Positions 6,533-15,388 of a DNA stretch of 41,446 nt are shown here, in pieces. Position 1 is the stretch's first letter. Each line of letters begins with the position of its first letter. Source of the DNA: a virus (taxonomy: Duplodnaviria; Caudoviricetes). Position numbers and translations under genes: made by a program. Location: IMG/VR virus record IMGVR_UViG_3300024275_000016, positions 1 through 41,446 of that record. One strand, given 5' to 3'. A model generated the notes under the pieces. It was not told where the DNA came from, did no database searches, and saw only the letters and a program-made list of their open reading frames with translations.

Positions 6533-6955
6533 ATGATCAAATACGGTTTATTAATGGTCCTGTTGCTGGCCGTCGCGCCGGCGTTCGGACAGACTCCCGA
6601 TGTGCAGTGGACTGATGGGGCCTTTAATGGCCGCTGGTGGCAGGAACACTCCGACCCCATGCAGCGGTATGCATACCTGGCCGGTATGCTTCAGGGTCTC
6701 GGGGCTGCACAACCGGAGAGCAAACTCTACGATTTGGTGGTGCCGGGCGGGTTGACTTATGGGGAACTTATAAAGGCCGTCGATGCCGTTTACCAGGAAC
6801 CACTGAACGGGCGGCTGCCGATCCTGGGGGCACTGCAAATCGTGAAGGCGAAGGCGGCGGGAGGCGACCCGGAGGCTATCGAGGGGCTCACGCGCATTTG
6901 GCGCAAGGGATTTTCGGACGTTAAGCCAGCAACTCCGGAGGTGACGAAGCAATGA
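6533..6955 (+). CDS. exported protein (Rap1a/Tai immunity-like fold possible)
   Basis: Signal peptide MIKYGLLMVLLLAVAPAFG; AYLAGMLQG..LTYGELIKAVDAVYQEP pattern. Confidence 0.6.
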   Translation: MIKYGLLMVLLLAVAPAFGQTPDVQWTDGAFNGRWWQEHSDPMQRYAYLAGMLQGLGAAQPESKLYDLVVPGGLTYGELIKAVDAVYQEPLNGRLPILGALQIVKAKAAGGDPEAIEGLTRIWRKGFSDVKPATPEVTKQ

Positions 6956-7200
6956 GCATGGATCACCAGCAGTGGCTCGAACAGCACGACCGCATGATCG
7001 CGGATATGAACAACACCCTGCGGCGTGCAATCCGCATGGGGGTGCAGGATGCGCGGAGGCAGCGAAAGCGGAACGCGGAGTTTGACGAGAAGATGACGCA
7101 GATCGCGGCGGCGCAACTGGTCAATGAGGAGCTACTGAAGCAAAACGAGGGGTTGTTGAAGCGGTTTCTGGAGCGCGGCGGGAACGGGGCGGCGAAATAG
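6952..7200 (+). CDS. coiled-coil hypothetical protein
   Basis: 82 aa; GGAGG RBS; ATGA overlap. Confidence 0.65.
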   Translation: MSMDHQQWLEQHDRMIADMNNTLRRAIRMGVQDARRQRKRNAEFDEKMTQIAAAQLVNEELLKQNEGLLKRFLERGGNGAAK

Positions 7201-7207
7201 AAATGAC

Positions 7208-7375
7208 ATGACTCCCGAAGAGCATGAAATAGCGAAGCGGCTCTTCTGGGAGAAGACTCTACTGGCGATGCTCCCTGATCCGCGTATGACAGTCAAGCAT
7301 GCGGCGGAACTTGCAGACGAAGCAGTCAAAGAGTGGAAGCAGCGCTTCGAGAAACGTTTGGGAAGGGGCAAATGA
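7208..7375 (+). CDS. hypothetical protein (55 aa)
   Basis: MTPEEHEIAKRLFWEK...; in operon orientation. Confidence 0.45.
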   Translation: MTPEEHEIAKRLFWEKTLLAMLPDPRMTVKHAAELADEAVKEWKQRFEKRLGRGK

Positions 7376-7424
7376 CCGTAGAGGAACGGCTAGGACGGGA
7401 AATGATAGAGGGGATGGAAGCCTA

Positions 7425-7592
7425 ATGTTTCAACGCTTGTGGTTGGTACTCTCGATTATCTGGGCGGGGTTGATATTCCTCGCCGGCAATGGTGACGCAC
7501 CCATGGAGAAGATGGTGGCCCTGGCCTTCGGGCCGGCTATTGTGGTGGCCGTGCTGTGGCGAGCGGGCCGCTGGGTTGGTTCAGGTCGTTAG
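7425..7592 (+). CDS. small two-helix membrane protein
   Basis: MFQRLWLVLSIIWAGLIFLAG..LAFGPAIVVAVLW. Confidence 0.5.
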   Translation: MFQRLWLVLSIIWAGLIFLAGNGDAPMEKMVALAFGPAIVVAVLWRAGRWVGSGR

Positions 7593-7636
7593 AGTCTGCC
7601 AATTACGGTAAGACGCGCGGAAGGGATAAAATAAAC

Positions 7637-7840
7637 GTGAAACTCGAAAAGGGACGCAGCTACGATACAGTCGGCCTCCAATTTGAGGGTTGGACTGAGG
7701 GTGATGGCAGTGGGCACGAGGGTTACCACGTTGCTGATTATTTCACTGATGACGGTATCTACCTTGGACCCGATGAGTATGGCGTAGAACCGCTATTTTG
7801 CAACGAGCCGCGCGAGTTTCTCATCAAAAAGGAGCGTTGA
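7637..7840 (+). CDS. hypothetical protein
   Basis: Acidic 67-aa ORF (YHVADYFTDDGIYLGPDEYGVEP); GTG start uncertain. Confidence 0.5.
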   Translation: MKLEKGRSYDTVGLQFEGWTEGDGSGHEGYHVADYFTDDGIYLGPDEYGVEPLFCNEPREFLIKKER

Positions 7841-8776
7841 CGCTGCGGATTTTCCAGTGTCGGCCACGTGCTCATTGATTTTGGCGCTGTCGTACCCGGC
7901 TTTCTTCAGCGCATTGACGAGCCGAGACTTCCCGAACTGGCCAAAGTACTGCAGCAGTTCACCACCGGCGTCTTCCGCGCCGCGGAAGCTCTGCGCTAGC
8001 TGATCGGAGACTTCAACGCCCTTGGCTTTCAGAAAGTTGGTCATGTCCTCGGCACTGACGCCTTCATCAGCAGCAAAATGAGTAAGATCCAAAGTTCGTT
8101 TAGGTGCAATGATCAGGCGCTGCGTGTGCGGGCCAAACTCTTTGCTGTATTGCTCATCTGGCGTGGTGTAGAGGATCCCCTGATCGTTCAGAGCAAGTGC
8201 ATCCGCCGGTTTTTGCATCGAACGGAAGGCGATCATTTCCTTCCCCGCAAGAAGTGGGGCCGCCGCCTCTCGCAACACGTCCTCGCCGGTAAGGGCCATG
8301 CCGCGGCTTAACGCCCCCACTTCCGGCGCCGCGCCTTCCAGCATGCGTGTGCCGGCCCTCACGGCTGCCTTGGCTCCGGCGGCCGCCTTTGCCGGGGGAA
8401 TTAATGCCCCTGCCGCCAGAAGTGCTGCCTCGGTCTTGCTCTGCGGTATTACCGGTGCCACGTCCGCCAGGCTGCCCACCGGGCCACCGGTGACTCCCAT
8501 CGAGAAGGGCTGGTTGAGCCGCCTCTCGGCGCCCTGATACCAATCGGGCATCGGGTTGGCCTGGTTCACTGCCCCGCCGAAGCTGGTGTCGGTTGGCATC
8601 CCGATGGCCCTGGGTGCCTCGGGTGGTCCCATCTTCTCCCGGGGCGCGGTGTTGACCGACTGAATGGCTAATGCCGGCGGGTATCCCAGTTCTTTCATCA
8701 GGTGCCACTGGATCTCCGCGCCGCTGTAGCCTGCGTCGCGGGCCCCCTGCACGTCGAACTGTTTCAGCTCCGCCAT
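7793..8776 (-). CDS. putative injected virion protein with C-terminal ADP-ribosyltransferase-like (ART-PolyVal-like) domain
   Basis: Last gene of ejection cluster; FDVQGARDAGYS N-terminus; AFRS..LYTTPDEQYSKEFG..LDLT..LKKAGYDSAKI. Confidence 0.55.
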   Translation of the reverse strand: MAELKQFDVQGARDAGYSGAEIQWHLMKELGYPPALAIQSVNTAPREKMGPPEAPRAIGMPTDTSFGGAVNQANPMPDWYQGAERRLNQPFSMGVTGGPVGSLADVAPVIPQSKTEAALLAAGALIPPAKAAAGAKAAVRAGTRMLEGAAPEVGALSRGMALTGEDVLREAAAPLLAGKEMIAFRSMQKPADALALNDQGILYTTPDEQYSKEFGPHTQRLIIAPKRTLDLTHFAADEGVSAEDMTNFLKAKGVEVSDQLAQSFRGAEDAGGELLQYFGQFGKSRLVNALKKAGYDSAKINEHVADTGKSAASTLLFDEKLARLVAK

Positions 8777-8779
8777 GGT

Positions 8780-10618
8780 TTATTGCTCCAGAGGCGCGCG
8801 CTCAAATGCGGATAGCTGCGGACGGTCGCCACCCGCGTCCGCGGCTTTCGGCAGGCTTACAGGCGTCACGTCACTCCCCGCCATCTTGAGGATCTGGCCT
8901 GCCGTGAGAGCCCTTGCCGGCGCACTCAGGGGCATGCGCAGTCCCCTCGTGAGCAACTGGACTCCGGCCCTGGTATGCATCATCTTGGAGAGCGCGCCTG
9001 CGCCGATAGCCAGCGGAATTCCGGTTGCCGGGTGGTTAACGAGCAGGTTCCCTGAGCCCGCGGCTACCGCCAGTACGGCGCTGCCCGAGGGGTTCGGGTT
9101 CTCCGCCAGTTTTTTCGCTCCGAGGAAGAACTTATCCAGGTCACTCACCAGGCCCGGGTCATTCTGGAAGATGATCTTCTTAGTCTCTGGCCCGAGCGCC
9201 TGCCACTTAGCGTACATCCCGTCGGCACCGGTAAATCCACCCTGAGCCTGTGCCTTGGTGAACAGGTCCTCGAGCCACGCGCGGCCAACTTTCGGCATTT
9301 CGTCGGGCGCCTCCTGCGCCACCTGGCGCAGCCGCTCGATGCCGGCGTCCTTCGCGTACGTCATCTGGCCGAAGGTTTGCACGGGCTCGTCGCGCAGTTG
9401 CTTCAAAATACCCTTGACGCCGTACGCATCCGCGGTGAGGGACCTTCCATCCTTCAGGGCCTGTAGCGCCCGGGCGTCGTTGGCGGCCCCTACCGCCTTG
9501 TCCACCTGGTCCTGCAATTGCTTCACGATGAGCTTCGCGATGCCGGCATTCCTGCCCTCGCCCTCGCGCGCCAGGGCCTTCATGCCGCCCAGTCCGTCTT
9601 CCGCCACGCTGGCCTGAACGTAGTCGGGGCCGTTCAAGAGGCTCTTGGCTGCCGTATAGCCTGCCGATGCGTTGCGTTTCGCCGGCTCCATCCACTTGTC
9701 CATCTGGGTCACGATCGGCGCCAGCATTCTCTTGATCGCCCGCACGTCCGTGGGGAGCGCCACGTCCTCCATCACGGGGACCGGGTTGCCTTGGGCGTCT
9801 AATTTGGTCCCCTGCTGCACCGATCGCACGTTAGCGGGGTCGGCCTCGATCTTTCGGAAATCTTCGTATGCCGTGTCCGCGTCCGCGTGAAAGCCCTGCA
9901 TCTTCTGCCGCAGTGAGGTGGAGACGCCTTCGCCGGCCTGCTCTGGGACGATAGGCTGCGCGTGCGCGCGGGTTGCCAGGGCGTCGGCTTCCGCCTGGAG
10001 TGCCGCGGTCGTTTGCTTGGCGGCGCCGTGGGCGACGGCCGCCCCGAGGGGCGTGGTATCCACCGCCTTCTGGATGTTCTTGACGTACAGGTTGTCGGTG
10101 CGCGCCGCTGCGTTGGGAGCCGCGCCCTTGCTCTCCACGTAGTCCAGGGCGGCATTTACCTGCGGGGTCGTCTTTGCAATTCTGGGCGTTAAGGGGATGC
10201 TGCCCTTCAGGAGTTCCGGCGCGGCCAACTGCAGGGCCATGCTTGTGGTCCCGCCGAGAGCCCCGGATACGTCGCCAGATTGCGCCTGGTCGCCCCGCGC
10301 GTCTAGCGCCGGCCCGACCATCGGGATGGCGTAGTTCAGGGCATGGCGGGCCGCCTCCACGTAATCCCCGCGCTTCAGCGCTTCCTGCGCCTTCAGCCGT
10401 ACTGCATCCTGGGCCGCTCCAATCCCCTGGATGGTGTCGATCGGGTGCGCCACCGTGTGTATCAACGCCTGCCCGCTGTTGGCTAGGTCGCCCCAGAAAT
10501 TCTTGGCGAAGTTGGCCACGTGATCCATCGGGCTCTTGGGCCGGTCGGCCGGCTGGTCAACTGGGACTCCACCGAATTGCGACTGGGTTTCGATTCCACC
10601 GAATTGAGAAGCCATCAT
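8780..10618 (-). CDS. DNA ejection / internal virion protein
   Basis: 612 aa, Ala-rich helical; NPSGSA motif near the C-terminus; position in a P22-like late operon. Confidence 0.65.
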   Translation of the reverse strand: MMASQFGGIETQSQFGGVPVDQPADRPKSPMDHVANFAKNFWGDLANSGQALIHTVAHPIDTIQGIGAAQDAVRLKAQEALKRGDYVEAARHALNYAIPMVGPALDARGDQAQSGDVSGALGGTTSMALQLAAPELLKGSIPLTPRIAKTTPQVNAALDYVESKGAAPNAAARTDNLYVKNIQKAVDTTPLGAAVAHGAAKQTTAALQAEADALATRAHAQPIVPEQAGEGVSTSLRQKMQGFHADADTAYEDFRKIEADPANVRSVQQGTKLDAQGNPVPVMEDVALPTDVRAIKRMLAPIVTQMDKWMEPAKRNASAGYTAAKSLLNGPDYVQASVAEDGLGGMKALAREGEGRNAGIAKLIVKQLQDQVDKAVGAANDARALQALKDGRSLTADAYGVKGILKQLRDEPVQTFGQMTYAKDAGIERLRQVAQEAPDEMPKVGRAWLEDLFTKAQAQGGFTGADGMYAKWQALGPETKKIIFQNDPGLVSDLDKFFLGAKKLAENPNPSGSAVLAVAAGSGNLLVNHPATGIPLAIGAGALSKMMHTRAGVQLLTRGLRMPLSAPARALTAGQILKMAGSDVTPVSLPKAADAGGDRPQLSAFERAPLEQ

Positions 10619-12495
10619 GGTTTCCTGTAGGTCTTGCCGTTCGACTCCGTGTATACCGCGCCGGACGGCAATTGATCATATTCCGCTTTGGTTTTTATCA
10701 AAGGAGGAGTGCCCCCGCCTCCTGTCCCGGCGCCCGTTTTCTTGAGCGTATCCGGATCGATTCCATGCCGCTGGAATACTGCTCTAGCGGATGGAAGAAC
10801 CGGGCTCCATTTCCCCACGTCTTGCTGTTGTGCCCGCTCCAGGTACGTTTTCAACTTTCCGGCAATAGACTGGAGGTCTTCCTGTACGACGCCCGCTAAT
10901 TGTTCTGGAGACTTAGCGCGGTCGAGCGTTTCGTTGATATGGGCGATTTCCGGGTCCGTCGCCACGCCCTTCAATGCGTTCGCCATCTCGCCCGACACCG
11001 TCACCTTCAGAGCGTCGAAGTTGGTGGGCATACTTGATCCGAAGATTGTGCTCAGCTTATTCCATGCGGCGTTGCCCGGCTGGAACGTCCCGTTCTTCAT
11101 GGCCATTGCGGCATCGTAAAGCTGATCCAAATGCACCGGGGCAGTATTCAAATTTCCGATATTGCGCCCGTCCGGGCCTGTCGTAAACGCTTTCCGAATC
11201 TGCGCTCTCTGCTCATTGAACGTCGGATCAAATTTGAAGACCGCGTCACGCAAAGCGAGCGCTGCGGGCTGCCGGGAGGTGGCAGGCGGCATGTTAGTCC
11301 GCCCTTCTGCAATTGCTCGAATCTGGGCCGCGGTCGCTTGCGGCAGACTGGACAGGTATTCCTCTCCGGTCGATTGAGAGGCCCCGCCGCCAGCCTGTCC
11401 CCCCTGTCCCCCCAATCCCGGTATCTGGAATGTGTTCACCGGACGAGACGCCATCTTTGATTGATCCAGGCGTTTCAATGCAGCACCCGCCGCGGCTCTC
11501 CTTTCCGGAGTCTCGTTCGGATTGGTGGCGATAACGGCCAGTTCCGTTTCCGAGTTCCCCATGTTTGCCGCGTCCACCTTCTTCTTCTCAGCCAAGGCGT
11601 CGGCCGCCTGCTTCGCCTGTCGCTGTTGGTCTAACGTCAGGCCCTGGCTCTTGACGAGTGCAACCGCGGCGGGAGAGAACATCGGCGGAATCAGCGGCTT
11701 CACAGTGTCCGGCAATTTGTCGCGCCAATCCGTCCATGCCTGCTGGTTCGAGTCCTCGCCGGGCGCGGTCTGGCCGGCCAGTTCCAGTTGCTTCTGCTTC
11801 GTCGTGGCGTCTGCTGCGCCGGCCTGCGCCGTATTGCGCTGGACAGTGGAATCCGAGGTCCGCTTTGCCGTGGCCAGTTCCCGTTCCTTGGGACTGGCCT
11901 GTATCATCTGGGTGGTGATTTGCCCTACCAGGGCACGAGCCTGCTCTCCGGTAGGGTCCGCATCCAACGATGCAATCACGGGATCCGTTAGGGCCTTCGC
12001 GTGGGCGGGTGTGATTGCTCCGCTGTCCACCGCTTGCCTCACGTGAGTCACGAAGAGGTGGGCGTCATTATTTCCGGCCTGGACGCCTGCAGCCAGGTGG
12101 CCCGCGGCGTCCTGCTCGAGAAGCGCGACCTTGCTTCGCGTGTCCGCCAGGTCGGCCAAGGATTTTTGGTATTTTGTATGGGCCTCGAGGATTGGGGTGG
12201 CCGCGGAGCCGAAGCCGGCGAGCGACAAATCCTTGGTGAGCCTGCCCTCGTCCAGTTGCGGCCTGCCGTTCTCATCGACGGTGTATGCGTTCTTAAACGC
12301 GGCGTCGGTGGCCTGCTGCCGCGCGAGTGCCCGGTTGTGCTCGTCTATGTTTAACTTCCCTAGCTGTAACTGCTGCTGTCCTTCCTGCTGTTGCAGGGCG
12401 AGGTTCTGCAGGTTCATCAGCTTGGCGCGGGCGTCGAATGGGGAGTAGTATTTTGGTGGCTCGAGCGCCGGTAATTGCATGGGAGTCGTAGACAT
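10615..12495 (-). CDS. DNA ejection / internal virion protein
   Basis: 626 aa, Gln/Ala-rich; synteny after the gp7-like gene. Confidence 0.65.
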   Translation of the reverse strand: MSTTPMQLPALEPPKYYSPFDARAKLMNLQNLALQQQEGQQQLQLGKLNIDEHNRALARQQATDAAFKNAYTVDENGRPQLDEGRLTKDLSLAGFGSAATPILEAHTKYQKSLADLADTRSKVALLEQDAAGHLAAGVQAGNNDAHLFVTHVRQAVDSGAITPAHAKALTDPVIASLDADPTGEQARALVGQITTQMIQASPKERELATAKRTSDSTVQRNTAQAGAADATTKQKQLELAGQTAPGEDSNQQAWTDWRDKLPDTVKPLIPPMFSPAAVALVKSQGLTLDQQRQAKQAADALAEKKKVDAANMGNSETELAVIATNPNETPERRAAAGAALKRLDQSKMASRPVNTFQIPGLGGQGGQAGGGASQSTGEEYLSSLPQATAAQIRAIAEGRTNMPPATSRQPAALALRDAVFKFDPTFNEQRAQIRKAFTTGPDGRNIGNLNTAPVHLDQLYDAAMAMKNGTFQPGNAAWNKLSTIFGSSMPTNFDALKVTVSGEMANALKGVATDPEIAHINETLDRAKSPEQLAGVVQEDLQSIAGKLKTYLERAQQQDVGKWSPVLPSARAVFQRHGIDPDTLKKTGAGTGGGGTPPLIKTKAEYDQLPSGAVYTESNGKTYRKP

Positions 12496-12499
12496 GTGA

Positions 12500-13489
12500 T
12501 TAACCTCCTGGGTTCCACTCGCCGCTGATGGGCTGTTTCTTCTTCATTGGGTCGGTGCTGCCAAATGCCCCCGCCCAATTGAACCCTCCGGTGCCGCCAG
12601 ACAGGCCTCCGGCGAGTAGATCAGTAACACCGCTGCCGATGCCGCCCAACATGCCGTTCCAGGCGTTGGCGGCGTTCATGTTGCCTTGCGCCTCGGCATT
12701 CCCTGCCCCCACCTGGGTATCCGCCAGATACTTGCCGGCATTCATCGTATTGGCCGCCGCCAGATTTTCGGCGTTGATTTTTGCATTGCTTCCGTACTGC
12801 TGGCTGTTCGTGCGCATGTTGCCCGCGTACTCTTCCCCCTGCATGCCAGCGGTGCCGGCGTATCGCTCGGCTTCTGTCAGGTTGGTGCCGGATTGTCCAG
12901 CCGCCGTGAGGCCTCGTCCGGCGAGTGTCCCCAGCACATCAGCCTGTCCCTTGTTCTGGGTGTCCCACCTATTGAAGGCGGCGCCGTACTCGCCCGCCGC
13001 GGCGTTCTGGTTGTAGTTGCTGAGTGCCTTTAGGGTGCCGCTAGAGACGCCCATTGCCTGCGCTTTCGCCTGCATGGCACGTTGCCCTTGGTCCAATCTA
13101 AATTGATAGCCAGGGTCATACTTCACCATGTCCGAGGCGGTGAAGCCCTTACCCATCGTGTCGGCCAGCGTTGCCAACTTTCCGGTGGCGTCGGCGCCCG
13201 CGGTGGCGTACGGGGAGAGCATCCCGTTGGCCTCGAGGGCCGCATTCCTGACGCCGGCCTGGGCCGATTTGTAGGCGTCCGTTACGCCCGTCGCCGCGGC
13301 CTCGCCGGCAGCCATCACGGGCTTGATGGCTTCGTCGGTGGTGGTGCGGATGCCGGTATTGACATCTTTGGCTGTGTCTTGGACGGTTTGTCCCGCCTGT
13401 GCCAGGCCCTTTTTCTGCGCGTCGGCGGCGTTGTGCGCTGCACTAGCTCCCTGTACGCCCCCAATCACCGAAGTCACGATACTGGGCAT
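12500..13489 (-). CDS. DNA transfer protein (P22 gp7-like)
   Basis: Gly/Ala-rich; LSPYATAG, DPGYQFRLDQGQRA, SGTLKALSNYNQNAA motifs. Confidence 0.75.
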   Translation of the reverse strand: MPSIVTSVIGGVQGASAAHNAADAQKKGLAQAGQTVQDTAKDVNTGIRTTTDEAIKPVMAAGEAAATGVTDAYKSAQAGVRNAALEANGMLSPYATAGADATGKLATLADTMGKGFTASDMVKYDPGYQFRLDQGQRAMQAKAQAMGVSSGTLKALSNYNQNAAAGEYGAAFNRWDTQNKGQADVLGTLAGRGLTAAGQSGTNLTEAERYAGTAGMQGEEYAGNMRTNSQQYGSNAKINAENLAAANTMNAGKYLADTQVGAGNAEAQGNMNAANAWNGMLGGIGSGVTDLLAGGLSGGTGGFNWAGAFGSTDPMKKKQPISGEWNPGG

Positions 13490-13965
13490 AATTCCTCTTT
13501 ACTGAGGCCGAATAACACCTGGTCCTCGAGTTTGCCGTGTTTCATAAAACTCCCGGGGTTCGTACCGTATTGCGTCATCCCCGCCCGCTGTACCAGCTTC
13601 AGAGCCAGCCGGGCGTACGCCGGGATGGCGCCCGTGATGCGTCTCGCTGGCGTATTCTGAAACATCCACTCGAGGGCCCCGCGCAGGATGACGTGTCCGC
13701 GTGTCTCGCGCCTGGGAAGCAGGATGATATGGCCTTCCCAGCAAATCATGCTCTGCGGCAAAAACGTGAACAGACCGACAAGTGACTCCCGCTCCCAGAC
13801 GGGGAGGTACACGATGCGCGGGTCATCGTTCGGCTCGAACGTCTCAGGGTCTCCGGCATAGTCGTCCCCAATCCATGGCCAGATGCGAGGCAGCGTGTAG
13901 ATCCCGCGCACCAGGCGCAGGTTGCGAGTGCGTTCAAACCTTATTCCGGCACCGGCCATAGGCAC
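13474..13965 (-). CDS. GNAT-fold phage protein (P22 gp14/DUF2824-like)
   Basis: CWEGHIILLP, ALEWMFQNTPARRITGAIP, SFMKHGKLEDQVLFGLSKEE; typical position before the ejection genes. Confidence 0.7.
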   Translation of the reverse strand: MPMAGAGIRFERTRNLRLVRGIYTLPRIWPWIGDDYAGDPETFEPNDDPRIVYLPVWERESLVGLFTFLPQSMICWEGHIILLPRRETRGHVILRGALEWMFQNTPARRITGAIPAYARLALKLVQRAGMTQYGTNPGSFMKHGKLEDQVLFGLSKEELCPVS

Positions 13966-14375
13966 ATGGTGATGAGCGGGTACTCGTTGTTGTTGTAAAG
14001 CACGAGCGGCTGCAGGGCCTGAGATCCCTTCTCCATCACCTGCGCGAATTCCTTGGACGAGACCAGCTTCAGCGCCTTGCGCAGGCCCAGCTGCGGGTCG
14101 TCGTAGATTACGCCGGCGCTTTGAATCTTGACCGGCCGCTCCGTGTTGAAGTCCGCGGACGGGCTGGGGCCCATCGTGTAGCAGGCCTTTCCGGACTGCA
14201 GCTGGAATTGCTTCTGGTCGATGATGTAAACCGCCCTATGCTGTGTACTCATCTCACCGAGCAGATCGTTCAATACGCCTAATGCCGTCGCGGACTCCTC
14301 AGGGTTCGGTAGCTGCCCGTGCCGTAGTTCTCCCGTGGCCCTCATGGCGCTGTTGATCAGATCCTGTACCGTCAT
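13941..14375 (-). CDS. N-terminal half of head-tail adaptor paralogue (stand-alone)
   Basis: Aligns to the N-terminal ~140 aa of 23100..23786 (MTVxxLIxS, DFxTxRPVKIxSAGV, EKxxQAxQPLVLY) and stops at WPVPE. Confidence 0.8.
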   Translation of the reverse strand: MTVQDLINSAMRATGELRHGQLPNPEESATALGVLNDLLGEMSTQHRAVYIIDQKQFQLQSGKACYTMGPSPSADFNTERPVKIQSAGVIYDDPQLGLRKALKLVSSKEFAQVMEKGSQALQPLVLYNNNEYPLITMCLWPVPE

Positions 14376-15388
14376 GCTGACACCTCCGGCGGGTCTTCAA
14401 TGGCCAGGTCATTCGAAGCGTTCAGCCCCCCGATCGCGGTCATGGCGTCCTTCGCGAGGGCTTCCTGGATTACGGAGTCGCGCCCCTGCTCGATGGCCAG
14501 TTGCGCTGCCAGCGCGTACCGCAGGGCTTTTTCGTACCCCGGGGGGAAATTGATCTCCTCATCGAGACTCGAGAACTCCGTGAGCAGCCGCCACACCCAC
14601 AGTTCCAAAAAGTTCACTGACGGGCCGGGCGGCGGGGTGGTAATGGGGATGTCGATCACATCCTCGGCAAGCCCGAGGGTAAAGTCGAAAAACTGGTCGC
14701 CCGGGGATATGTCATAGATGCCGACCCGCAGGACGCCCGACAGCAATGCCTGGTAGAGGTCGAACAAGCTGGCGGGCGGCACCCGGAACCAGCCAGTCAC
14801 CGCGAAGGGGGGCATGTAGGCCGGGCTGGGGAATCGAGGAGGGCCGCCGGGATAGATGGCATTGTCGTCGGTCTCCCCGAACACTCCGGGGAAGCCCATG
14901 AAGGTATCTATTGTGACGTCGGAGCTATTCAGGCGGTACGTGGTGGTTTCTCCCATGTAGCCGCAATTGACGGGCGTCCCGAAGACATCCAGAAAGCCGA
15001 AAAAGAGGTTCTGCCCGCCATCGAAGTCGAAGTCCCCGGGCTGCGGGGTGCTGCGCAGGTAGTAGAAGTTACCGGCACCGAACTGCGCGACGTAGACCGG
15101 GTTGGGCGAGCCCGAGTCTCCGTCATAGAGTGTGATACGAAGGTTGGCCGCCCCGAGCCCTCCCCCCAGGAGTCCCGCAAAATCGATGCCCGCGAGGTCG
15201 TCCGCGATGATGGTCAGCCAGTTGGTTCCCGCGGGCGTCCACCCCTTGAACAGGCGCGCCGCCGAAATCTGCTGGACCAGCCTCTGCCCGTTCGATCCCA
15301 CCATGTCGATAATCAGCCCGCCCATGACGCTGAACGCAGGCGGCAGCAGGCCGATGCCAGGGCTGGTCTGGGTGTCAAGGTTGCTCAC
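14372..15388 (-). CDS. unknown beta-rich domain fused to C-terminal half of head-tail adaptor
   Basis: Ends LELWVWRLL..FPPGYEKALRYALAAQLAIEQGR..GGLNASN..EDPP, matching the C-terminus of 23100..23786. Confidence 0.75.
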   Translation of the reverse strand: MSNLDTQTSPGIGLLPPAFSVMGGLIIDMVGSNGQRLVQQISAARLFKGWTPAGTNWLTIIADDLAGIDFAGLLGGGLGAANLRITLYDGDSGSPNPVYVAQFGAGNFYYLRSTPQPGDFDFDGGQNLFFGFLDVFGTPVNCGYMGETTTYRLNSSDVTIDTFMGFPGVFGETDDNAIYPGGPPRFPSPAYMPPFAVTGWFRVPPASLFDLYQALLSGVLRVGIYDISPGDQFFDFTLGLAEDVIDIPITTPPPGPSVNFLELWVWRLLTEFSSLDEEINFPPGYEKALRYALAAQLAIEQGRDSVIQEALAKDAMTAIGGLNASNDLAIEDPPEVSA

